Below are positions 10,248-19,085 of a stretch of DNA of 64,000 bases, one piece after another (within the stretch, counting starts at the first letter, position 1; each line of letters begins with the position of its first letter). The position numbers and the translations under genes were made by a program. Origin of the DNA: Candidatus Poseidoniaceae archaeon (GTDB lineage Archaea > Thermoplasmatota > Poseidoniia > Poseidoniales > Poseidoniaceae); assembly GCA_028821785.1 (NCBI GenBank), contig JAPKFC010000001.1:7518-71517 (forward strand), given 5' to 3'. A model generated the notes under the pieces. It saw only the letters and a program-made list of their open reading frames with translations, ran no database searches and was not told where the DNA came from.

Positions 10248-11621
10248 ATGGCACTCGAAGGCTTATCCAAGGGTATTTTCCGCTCTATTGGATTGTTAAA
10301 GTCTAAGAGAAAGTTAGATGATGAAGAATTACGGGAAATGACTCGTAGTTTACGCAGGTCTCTTCAAGAAGCAGATTTCAACGTACGTCAAACCAAAGAG
10401 ATCGTCGAAAAAATGGAGTCTCGTATCCGTGATGAAGAACTGCGTCCTGGAATCACATTGCAAACTCATGCAATGAATATCCTCTATACCGAACTTGTTC
10501 GCTTATTAGGTTCTAAGCATGAATTTCAACCTCATGGAGCAACTTTGCTTCTAGTAGGATTATATGGTCAAGGAAAAACTACTACAACTGCAAAACTAGC
10601 AGAATGGTATCGCAAGAAACACGGCTTGAGAGTAGGCGTAATAGAAGCGGACGTTCACCGACCAGGGGCATATGAACAATTATGCCAATTATTAGAAGAC
10701 TCTACTGTTGTTGTTTATGGTGAGCCAGAAACAAAGGATGCACCAACTATTGTACGCAATGGATTGAAACAATTAGTATCTTGCGATCTGGTAATCGTTG
10801 ATACAGCAGGTAGACATCAATTAGATACTGAATTGGTTGAGGAATTGGAACAAATTTCCGCTTTAACCAATGCCACAGAACGCTGGTTGGTAATAGATGC
10901 ACAAGTAGGCCAAGCTGCGGGACCTGTTGCCGCATCATTCCATTCACTCGCAGGAGTAACTGGTATTGTAATCACAAAATTGGATGGTACAGCAAGAGGA
11001 GGAGGTGCGCTTTCTGCGGTAGCGGCAACAGGGGCGCCGATAGTTCACATTGGTGTGGGTGAAAGGATCAACGACTTAGAGAAATTTGAATCTGACCGAT
11101 TTATTTCAAGACTTTTAGGAATGGGTGATATTCAGGGGCTCATCGATTTGGCTCCTGAAGATATGGACCAAGAAGAAGCTATGAGACTAACCCAGAGGAT
11201 GATGTCCGGTAGATTCACACTAAATGACATGTATAAGCAAATGGAAATGATGTCTAAAATTGGTACTATTGACAAATTAATGTCATTCTTACCAGGAAAT
11301 ATGCTGGGCGGAATGGGTGCTATGTCCAAGAGTCAAAAAGCGGAAATGCAAACCAACCTAGACCGTTATCGCACTATTATGGATTCAATGACCGCATGGG
11401 AAAAGAATGAACCTGCAAAGATTAAGGCAGAAAGAATTCGTCGTGTAGCAAGAGGCTCGGGTGTCCGTGAAAAGGATGTCAGAGAGTTAATTGGTCAATG
11501 GAATAAGAGCCGTAAGATGATGAAGGGGATGGGTGGAAACCGTAATCTCAACAGGCAAATGCGTAAGATGATGAAAGACGGAGATATGGACGGAATGGAT
11601 CCATCATCTCTTGGAATGTGA
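10248..11621 (+). CDS. srp54: Signal recognition particle 54 kDa protein
   Basis: NG domain GLYGQGKTTT, DTAGRH, TKLDGTARGGGALS; Met-rich M domain with RIRRVARGSG. Confidence 0.95.
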   Translation: MALEGLSKGIFRSIGLLKSKRKLDDEELREMTRSLRRSLQEADFNVRQTKEIVEKMESRIRDEELRPGITLQTHAMNILYTELVRLLGSKHEFQPHGATLLLVGLYGQGKTTTTAKLAEWYRKKHGLRVGVIEADVHRPGAYEQLCQLLEDSTVVVYGEPETKDAPTIVRNGLKQLVSCDLVIVDTAGRHQLDTELVEELEQISALTNATERWLVIDAQVGQAAGPVAASFHSLAGVTGIVITKLDGTARGGGALSAVAATGAPIVHIGVGERINDLEKFESDRFISRLLGMGDIQGLIDLAPEDMDQEEAMRLTQRMMSGRFTLNDMYKQMEMMSKIGTIDKLMSFLPGNMLGGMGAMSKSQKAEMQTNLDRYRTIMDSMTAWEKNEPAKIKAERIRRVARGSGVREKDVRELIGQWNKSRKMMKGMGGNRNLNRQMRKMMKDGDMDGMDPSSLGM

Positions 11622-11629
11622 AGTTCCAC

Positions 11630-13159
11630 TCAGTATGTCTTTGCAAGTAATATTCTGCGCTTGGTCATTTTACCAGTCATATGACAAGGACGAGCCTCCT
11701 CATATTCATCAGTTGCATCACCAAGGAAATTCAGAGAAGTTGCTCTTTCAATTACTTCAGCATGAGAATCAGTTCCATCGAAGGCCATTTCGTAAATTTT
11801 ACCATCTTCAATTTTACCATCCATTATCCATGTGTCATCAATTTCTTCAAAGGCAGGTAGAGGTTGAATAACATCTTCCATATGTGCGTTAGACCTAAGT
11901 CTTAATTCATCAGAAATTTCATTTAATACAGTTCTGCATGCGTTGACAATATCATCTATTGGCAATGGCAACTTTCCACCGGTTCTTCTACAGGCAAATG
12001 CAGTTCCTTGTTCAACATCCCGAGGTCCAATATCGAGTCGCAGTGGCACACCTTTAATCTCCCAATCATAGTATTTTTGCCCTGCTCTAATATCTCTTGT
12101 ATCAACCTTAACCCTAAGGCCATTAGCACGTAGTTGCTTTGCAATATCGTTGGAGATTGCTACTGTGTCAACTTCTGAATTCTTCTTTATCATTGGGCAG
12201 ATTACAACTTGGTAAGGTGCGATTGCAGGAGGCATAATCAATCCATTATCATCACCGTGCATACCAACAATTGCACCTACTAGTCTCTCAGACATTCCGT
12301 ATGTTGTTTGGTGGCAATGCTGTTGTTGGGCATCTAAATTCTCGTATGTAATATCAAAGGCCTTTGCCCATTGATCACGATAGTGATGGCAAGAAGCGAC
12401 TTGAAGAGTTCTTCCATTAGGCATGATAGCATCTATTCCAATCGTGTACCATGCCCCTGGGAATGTATCCCAGACTGGTCGTTTGGCCTTGATGACTGGA
12501 AGACATAAGTCGTGCATCAGATTGTTGACAATTTCTAAATCCTCTGCGATTTGTCTTGAAGCTCCATCTTCGTCGGCATGTGCTGTATGAGCTTCAAAGA
12601 AATGAATTTCTCGTACTCTAATGAATGAGCGCGTTTGCTTTGTCTCATAACGGAAGGTGTTGACCGTTTGGTAAACTTTCAAAGGCAAATCTTTGTGTGA
12701 TCTAATCCAAAGAGGAAACATTGTGTACATAGCAGTCTCGGAAGTTGGTCTCAAAAACATAGGGATATCCAAATCATTATCGCCAGCATGTTTTACCCAG
12801 TAAACTTCTTTCTTGAAACCACCTTCTTCATCTTCCTCTCGCAAATCTTCAACATCGACGCCTTCTTCTCTTGCTCTCTTTAATTTCGCAACCAGTGAAT
12901 TTTCTTTCTCTAAGAGGTTCTCTGGAATTAATAATGGGAATCGAACTTCTTCGTGGTCAGTCCTTTCCATCTCAGAATGCGTTAGTGCATCAATCAGTTT
13001 CATTGTTTTCCAACCATAAGGTCGCCATACATCCATACCCTTTATCGGATATCTCTTGTCAACTAATTCAGCAGCCTCTACCATGAATGGATACCATTCA
13101 TTGAAATTATCTATCTTAGATGGAATTCCTCGCTTGGCTTTGCCATGTCCTTGGCTCAT
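11630..13159 (-). CDS. proS: Prolyl-tRNA synthetase (archaeal/eukaryotic type)
   Basis: YPIKGMDVWRPYG, LRPTSET, FRYETKQTRSFIRVRE, WEIKGVPLR, C-terminal AKTY. Confidence 0.96.
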   Translation of the reverse strand: MSQGHGKAKRGIPSKIDNFNEWYPFMVEAAELVDKRYPIKGMDVWRPYGWKTMKLIDALTHSEMERTDHEEVRFPLLIPENLLEKENSLVAKLKRAREEGVDVEDLREEDEEGGFKKEVYWVKHAGDNDLDIPMFLRPTSETAMYTMFPLWIRSHKDLPLKVYQTVNTFRYETKQTRSFIRVREIHFFEAHTAHADEDGASRQIAEDLEIVNNLMHDLCLPVIKAKRPVWDTFPGAWYTIGIDAIMPNGRTLQVASCHHYRDQWAKAFDITYENLDAQQQHCHQTTYGMSERLVGAIVGMHGDDNGLIMPPAIAPYQVVICPMIKKNSEVDTVAISNDIAKQLRANGLRVKVDTRDIRAGQKYYDWEIKGVPLRLDIGPRDVEQGTAFACRRTGGKLPLPIDDIVNACRTVLNEISDELRLRSNAHMEDVIQPLPAFEEIDDTWIMDGKIEDGKIYEMAFDGTDSHAEVIERATSLNFLGDATDEYEEARPCHMTGKMTKRRILLAKTY

Positions 13160-13288
13160 GAAACCCTCTCGACCATCACTCGCTCATCAACATGACGCTT
13201 CAAGCGATGATAAATCGGTTGTTTAATCGAACAGAATCTAGTATCCAACTTAGAAATTTTCTATTTCGTGGTGAATTAATTTCGTACT

Positions 13289-13597
13289 CTATTCATCTAT
13301 TGTTGATTTTAGTTCAATTTCTACATCAAGAGGTTCTGGCACAAAAGTAGATTTTGAACTTCCGCTGACCAAAATTCCTACAAATGCAGTTGAGAACCAT
13401 GCTAATTCAAGAATTAAAAATGCCCACTCCTCAATGAGATATGCGCGTATTGCCAACAATGCAGAACCAATTGCCATTAAGGAAAGATAGGGTTTATCCT
13501 TACTATGCAACTTATTACGCGTTTCTAAGAAAAATGCAAGTAGAATGAGAAACATCCCTACATATGCCACGATCTCAGTATCTATGTCCGATAGCAT
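13289..13597 (-). CDS. Small 3-TM membrane protein (CBU_0592-like)
   Basis: VGMFLILLAFFL..YLSLMAIGSALL..WAFLILELAW pattern; start likely ATG 13597. Confidence 0.6.
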   Translation of the reverse strand: MLSDIDTEIVAYVGMFLILLAFFLETRNKLHSKDKPYLSLMAIGSALLAIRAYLIEEWAFLILELAWFSTAFVGILVSGSSKSTFVPEPLDVEIELKSTIDE

Positions 13598-13601
13598 GCT
13601 A

Positions 13602-14171
13602 TCACTTTCGACTAAAATACCATAATCCAATAACGCCTAATGAAAGAGCAATGATATCAGGAATTCCGATTGACATGTCTATCATAGATTGTGACCATCC
13701 CCATCCACTGTCAACTTTGTGAATACTTAGCCAGTTAATACGGGTATATCCATCGGAAGGACATAGGGTGTCAGACTTACAAAGTCCACCTAAAACAAAT
13801 GAAAACAGTCCAAATATATTGGTGATTATAATTGTTAATTCTACTAGGATTAGTTTCGACATTAGACTCATTTTACCGCGACTGCTGATGCCTGGAGCAG
13901 GTGGTAAATCAGGTAATTCCCCTAATGCAGGGAGTGGGCCACCAATCGGTTCAACGACTTCGATGAGCATATTTGTAGGTGGAGATACTTCAATGATATC
14001 AGATGATAGAGGAGAGGCTACCATGTCTCTAGATTTCTTCGGATTTGCGACTGCAACTTTAATTCCGTAAAGACGCTCTGCGAGTGACACTAAAACAGGG
14101 TCATCTGCGATTTCAGAAGGTTCCAAAACCCCATCAAGCAGCATTTCCAACTTCTCTTGAGTGTTAGTCAT
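13602..14171 (-). CDS. Hypothetical membrane protein
   Basis: 189-aa ORF with Pro-rich linker, two TM helices and a Cys pair in the loop. Confidence 0.65.
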   Translation of the reverse strand: MTNTQEKLEMLLDGVLEPSEIADDPVLVSLAERLYGIKVAVANPKKSRDMVASPLSSDIIEVSPPTNMLIEVVEPIGGPLPALGELPDLPPAPGISSRGKMSLMSKLILVELTIIITNIFGLFSFVLGGLCKSDTLCPSDGYTRINWLSIHKVDSGWGWSQSMIDMSIGIPDIIALSLGVIGLWYFSRK

Positions 14172-14246
14172 AAGTCTCGCTCCATGTTTAAGGTGAACTC
14201 CACTACTTGATGAAGGCTCCTTCGTTAAATAAAGTTCATTTCCACT

Positions 14247-14906
14247 TCATGCATTGCCAGCCGCTTCTACAGCAGCCCAATCCTTCAAGAAACCTTCAAG
14301 TCCCTTATCGGTAAGTGGATGCTTCATTAATTGGCGGAATATTTTTGCTGGCATTGTAGCTGTATGAGCACCTAGTTGGATACACTGAAGGACGTGGGTT
14401 GGATGGCGAATAGATGCTGCCAAAACCTTTGTCGTAATATCATAACTAGCCCAAACTTCCATTATTTCAGCTATCAAATTCATTCCATCATGCCCAGTAT
14501 CATCAATTCTTCCGATGAATGGTGAAACATATGTTGCTCCTGCCTTTGCAGCCATTAGTGCTTGAGCAGCAGAGAAAACCAATGTGACATTTGTATCAAT
14601 GCCCTTTTCATTGAGAACCTTAGTTGCTGCTAGTCCTTCTGCAGTACATGGAATCTTTATGATTACATTGTCAGGTAGATCAGCCTTTAATGCAAGGCCT
14701 TGAGCGATCATTCCTTCTGTATCCATTGCAGTAACTTCAGCAGATATCGGGCCAGAGCAAATACCAGCGATCTCCCTCACTACTTCTTTGAAATCGCGTC
14801 CACTCTTTTTGATGAGAGAAGGATTAGTCGTTACACCGTCGAGAATTCCCCACGCAGCAATCTCTCTTATTTCATCAACATCGGCAGTATCTAGGAAGAA
14901 CTCCAT
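14247..14906 (-). CDS. tal: Transaldolase (TalC/FSA family)
   Basis: [21 protein letters not shown] (Schiff-base Lys), [25 protein letters not shown]. Confidence 0.94.
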   Translation of the reverse strand: MEFFLDTADVDEIREIAAWGILDGVTTNPSLIKKSGRDFKEVVREIAGICSGPISAEVTAMDTEGMIAQGLALKADLPDNVIIKIPCTAEGLAATKVLNEKGIDTNVTLVFSAAQALMAAKAGATYVSPFIGRIDDTGHDGMNLIAEIMEVWASYDITTKVLAASIRHPTHVLQCIQLGAHTATMPAKIFRQLMKHPLTDKGLEGFLKDWAAVEAAGNA

Positions 14907-14999
14907 GATACGGTGGCATAGCCGGTTGTCTATGAATTAATCCCTTTCAAACAAAAGCAGTTCAATAAAGACAACATTGTTATTTAATGCAAAAATCAT

Positions 15000-15938
15000 T
15001 CAAGATTTTCTTGCTATTGCTCGCTGTGCCGCCTGTTCTATATATTTTGAATTGAGTTTCATAACCTCTAGCATCTCATCGGATTGACCCGATTCACCGA
15101 ATCTATCAGCAACACCAACCATTTCCAATGGAGCATATTTATTGGTCACTAGATGTTCTGCAACAGCACCACCTAGTCCACCGATTACATTGTGGTCTTC
15201 CGCAGTTACAATTGCGCCGCATTGTGAAGCTAATGAATCAATTAAATCACCATCTAATGGCTTTAGAGTGTGCATGTCAACTACTGTTGCGTTGATGCCC
15301 TTTTCAGCCAACAGTTCAGCAGCCTTCATCGATTCCGAAACTAGTACTCCACATGCAATAATGGCAACATCAGTTCCCTGACGCAATGTGATCCCTTTGC
15401 CAATAACGATTTCAGATTCTCTTCCACGATACATAACAGGGGTTTTGTTTCTTGCAGTCCTCATGTAGGACGGTTTATTCAATGCAGGCAATTGCTTGGT
15501 CAATTCCAAGGTTGAAACATAATCTGAAGGATGCATAACTACAACATTTGGTAGAGTTCGGTAAATAGCAAGGTCTTCGATCGATTGTGCACTAGAACCA
15601 TCAGTTCCTGTGTGAGTTCCACCGTGACTTCCGCACAAATGTACTGCCAAATCTGGTCTTGCAACTCCATTACGCATTTGTTCAAATGCCCTTTCGGTAA
15701 ATATTGCAAATGTACTTGCGAATGGGATGTAGCCAGATGATGCAAGTCCTGCAGCGGTTAGCAGCATGTTTTGCTCTCCAATACCACACGAGATTGAACG
15801 TGCAGGATATTTGTTCTTGAAATGTAGCGATTTTGTTGATTTACCCAAATCTGCCTCGAGTACGACAACCTTTGCATTATCTGCAATTTCAAGTAATGCT
15901 TGCCCATATCCATCTCTTGTTGCTGCCATCTCACTCAT
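15000..15938 (-). CDS. Transketolase C-terminal subunit
   Basis: ATRDGYG, GIGEQNM, STFAIF, DMHTLKPLD, EDHNVIGGLG. Confidence 0.92.
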   Translation of the reverse strand: MSEMAATRDGYGQALLEIADNAKVVVLEADLGKSTKSLHFKNKYPARSISCGIGEQNMLLTAAGLASSGYIPFASTFAIFTERAFEQMRNGVARPDLAVHLCGSHGGTHTGTDGSSAQSIEDLAIYRTLPNVVVMHPSDYVSTLELTKQLPALNKPSYMRTARNKTPVMYRGRESEIVIGKGITLRQGTDVAIIACGVLVSESMKAAELLAEKGINATVVDMHTLKPLDGDLIDSLASQCGAIVTAEDHNVIGGLGGAVAEHLVTNKYAPLEMVGVADRFGESGQSDEMLEVMKLNSKYIEQAAQRAIARKS

Positions 15939-16762
15939 ACAATCACCTCGCCTAGTTCTAGCATTGCTTGAGCAAATTGTTCATCATTAGGTGCTGCTCC
16001 ATGGAATGAAGGATTGTTTTCCATAAAGGACACTCCAGCGCCCTTGATAGTATGTGCGATCAAGATTGCTGGCTTGTCGTTAGTAGCCTCAAGGAAATCT
16101 AGTCCAGACATTACCTCTTCCATATTGTGTCCATCTATTTCCTTGACCTCCCAGCCAAACGCTCTCCACTTTGCAGGAATGTCAAACATTCGCATTTGCG
16201 CTTCACAAAAGTCATCATTTTGAATTCTGTTGCGGTCGAGTATTACTTTCAGATTGCCAACTTCATGATGCGCTGCAGCCATTGCTGCTTCCCATACACT
16301 ACCTTCTTGAATTTCACCATCTCCTATCATTACGAATGTTCTTCGTTCACTATTGTCTAGGCGAGCAGCTACTGCACATCCTAGGCCGAATGAAAGGCCC
16401 ATTCCCAAAGAACCAGCAGAAAAGTCAACACCAGGACACCATTTCATGTCCACGTGTCCTTGGCATTTTCCGCCAAGAACTCTGTATGAATGTAAGTCTT
16501 CATGATCAATGAAACCCATCTCTGCCAATACTGCATACATTCCAGGAGAGGCATGACCCTTGGATAGAATGAATCGGTCCCTATCTTCCCACTTTGGCTG
16601 ATCTGGACGTACTCGCATACGGGTTGCATAAAGTGCTGAAATTAGGTCTATTTCCGATAGTGAGCCGCCAGGATGTCCGGCTTGAGCACGGTAAACCATT
16701 TTGACGATTTCAACTCTACATTTTCTTGCAAACTCTTCAAGTTCTGATATTGACAATGTCAT
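15935..16762 (-). CDS. Transketolase N-terminal subunit
   Basis: GHPGGSLS, DRFILSKGHA, GSLGMGLS, TPP-binding GDGEIQEGSVWEA; overlaps the C-terminal subunit gene. Confidence 0.93.
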   Translation of the reverse strand: MTLSISELEEFARKCRVEIVKMVYRAQAGHPGGSLSEIDLISALYATRMRVRPDQPKWEDRDRFILSKGHASPGMYAVLAEMGFIDHEDLHSYRVLGGKCQGHVDMKWCPGVDFSAGSLGMGLSFGLGCAVAARLDNSERRTFVMIGDGEIQEGSVWEAAMAAAHHEVGNLKVILDRNRIQNDDFCEAQMRMFDIPAKWRAFGWEVKEIDGHNMEEVMSGLDFLEATNDKPAILIAHTIKGAGVSFMENNPSFHGAAPNDEQFAQAMLELGEVIV

Positions 16763-16846
16763 GAAAAACACCCTATTGAGCCATTGGCTATGAGGGGGCT
16801 CTTTGATACTTGCGCCTCATCCCTAAGGCGAATTACAAGGAATTCA

Positions 16847-18889
16847 TTAACGCTTAGGCATTAGTGATTGGTATGTACGTAAAATAGCATTTCTTACAAC
16901 GGCTATGGCATCGGTTAGTAAATTGCCACCTTCAGGCAATGCTCTTGTTGCTAACCAGATAAATATTCCAACAAACCAAGCGAAGAAAGCGAGTGAAAGT
17001 AAGTTTCCTAATACACCGATTCCTAATAACTCTGGAAGATTAATTTTCATAACTATTAATATCGCTACGAAAACACCCATTATCGATTCACCTGCAATAA
17101 ATCCAGCTCCAATTAAGACTCCTCTACTCTCTACTTCTTTAGCAGCAGTAACTGCTTCTGAACTTGGTTCTCTATCGAGTGTACCGTCTATTCTCAGGTG
17201 AGCACTTCTAAGGGCTATGTATGAAATTACACCACCTAGCATGATAGGAACAGATAATCCGAGTGGCAAATATATTCCAATTGCAACGCTCATTACCGGC
17301 ATACTTAGTCTAATCAATACAACGGCGATAACTGCTCCTAGTAATACCATTTGTAGATTTAAACCACTTCCAAATGCACCTTCGACAATGGCTCCAATCA
17401 ATTCAGCCTGTGGAGCGAAGAGTGCATTTTTACATTCAGGGTCACCAGGTAGTGGATCTAATGCACAAGCAGTACTTGATATTCTAAATGCTTCGTGTAG
17501 TAATTTTAAAGTTGGCCCAATTACAATAGCACCGGTTACGACACCAATTATTTCGGCAATCTGCTGCCTCCATGGAGTTGCACCAACCATGTGTCCGGTT
17601 TTCAAATCCTGCATGACATCACCAGCAATAGCGGCTGATGATGCTACGATTGCGGCGATTAGCAATGTTGCATACATTAGAGTGCCCGTGGACAATCCGA
17701 GAAATAAGTCACCTACCACCCATACGAGTGCAACTGTGAATAATAAAGTTGCAATTGTCATTCCTGAAACTGGAGAATTGGAAGAACCAACTACACCGGC
17801 TATATATCCAGCAACCGCTGCGAAAAAGAACGAAACAACTGCCAAAAACGCTGCACCAGCAAAGGCTAATACAATTGATTTCAATGCAATAGCATAGAAT
17901 ATAAAGGTCGCTAGAACAAGTAGACCACATACTACCAAAACTTTGCGAAGTGGTAGATCTTGTTCAGTGCGTACGACTTCAAATGCAGCCTCATCATTCT
18001 TTTCAAATGCCTTTGATAATCCTGTATAGATGGTTCCTTTCATCGACCATAGAGTGTAAACTCCTCCTACTACCATAGCGCCAACACCAACATAACGTAT
18101 TTGTGAAGACCATACTTTGTAGAAAGCCTCTACCCCATTTGATGCTTCAGGCCATCCGTTTATCAATCCATAAATTGGAACTAATATTCCAAAGCCGATA
18201 ACGCCGCCCAAGAAAATGAATGAAGCGATTCTTATTCCGACGATATATCCTACAGATAATAGTGCAATTGACAAATCCATACCAGCGTATAATTTTGTAC
18301 TCAAGAAATCTACAGAACTTTCAACTGTGTGGTGTGTCACATTGAAACCTTTTACCATGAATCCATATATTGCACCAATTCCTAGTGCATACAAGATTGC
18401 TAATGCGCCTTCTCCACCCTCTTCACCAGCAACCAACACCTCTCTACAGGCAACACCTTCTGGATAAGGCAGGGCTTCTTCTACGATGAATAATCTTCTT
18501 AGTGCAATGGTGAACATTGTACCCAACAACCCACCAATAAGTGCAATTACAAATGTTTCAACAAATTGAATATCTTCCCACAGTCCAATGACTAGTAGTG
18601 CTGGAACTGTAAAAATAACTCCAGCTGCAAGTGATTCACCAGCACTTGCCATTGTTTGCACTGCATTGTTTTCGAGGATTGTGACATCATCAAACATTGT
18701 GCGTAAAATAATCATTGACATCACTGCAGCAGGAATCGAAGCAGATACGGTCATGCCCGCGTATAATCCTAGATATGCATTGGCTGCTGTCATCAAAACA
18801 CCAAGAACAATACCTACGAGGATTACTCTAAGAGTCAATTCCATCGGAGACTCATCGGCTGAGATATATGGTTCGCCCAGAGCGCTCAT
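16847..18889 (-). CDS. OPT family oligopeptide transporter
   Basis: ELTLR, YLGLYAGMTVSASIPAAV, ENNAVQTMASAGES, LPYPEG, SNSPVSG, QDLKTG; start likely ATG 18889. Confidence 0.93.
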   Translation of the reverse strand: MSALGEPYISADESPMELTLRVILVGIVLGVLMTAANAYLGLYAGMTVSASIPAAVMSMIILRTMFDDVTILENNAVQTMASAGESLAAGVIFTVPALLVIGLWEDIQFVETFVIALIGGLLGTMFTIALRRLFIVEEALPYPEGVACREVLVAGEEGGEGALAILYALGIGAIYGFMVKGFNVTHHTVESSVDFLSTKLYAGMDLSIALLSVGYIVGIRIASFIFLGGVIGFGILVPIYGLINGWPEASNGVEAFYKVWSSQIRYVGVGAMVVGGVYTLWSMKGTIYTGLSKAFEKNDEAAFEVVRTEQDLPLRKVLVVCGLLVLATFIFYAIALKSIVLAFAGAAFLAVVSFFFAAVAGYIAGVVGSSNSPVSGMTIATLLFTVALVWVVGDLFLGLSTGTLMYATLLIAAIVASSAAIAGDVMQDLKTGHMVGATPWRQQIAEIIGVVTGAIVIGPTLKLLHEAFRISSTACALDPLPGDPECKNALFAPQAELIGAIVEGAFGSGLNLQMVLLGAVIAVVLIRLSMPVMSVAIGIYLPLGLSVPIMLGGVISYIALRSAHLRIDGTLDREPSSEAVTAAKEVESRGVLIGAGFIAGESIMGVFVAILIVMKINLPELLGIGVLGNLLSLAFFAWFVGIFIWLATRALPEGGNLLTDAIAVVRNAILRTYQSLMPKR

Positions 18890-19085
18890 AATCTCAGCCA
18901 AGTGAATTGGGATTTTGAACCTAATGCACATATAATGTCCGTATTAGAAAATCCATTAGCCTGTAAAATACAACCAATATATCTCCTACATTCAATATTA
19001 ATTGATGGGAACCCCTCCATTATACTCATAAATCATCAATTCTTCGCAGGGTTATTGGATGATTCTTGCGTTCAAGGTGAATACT

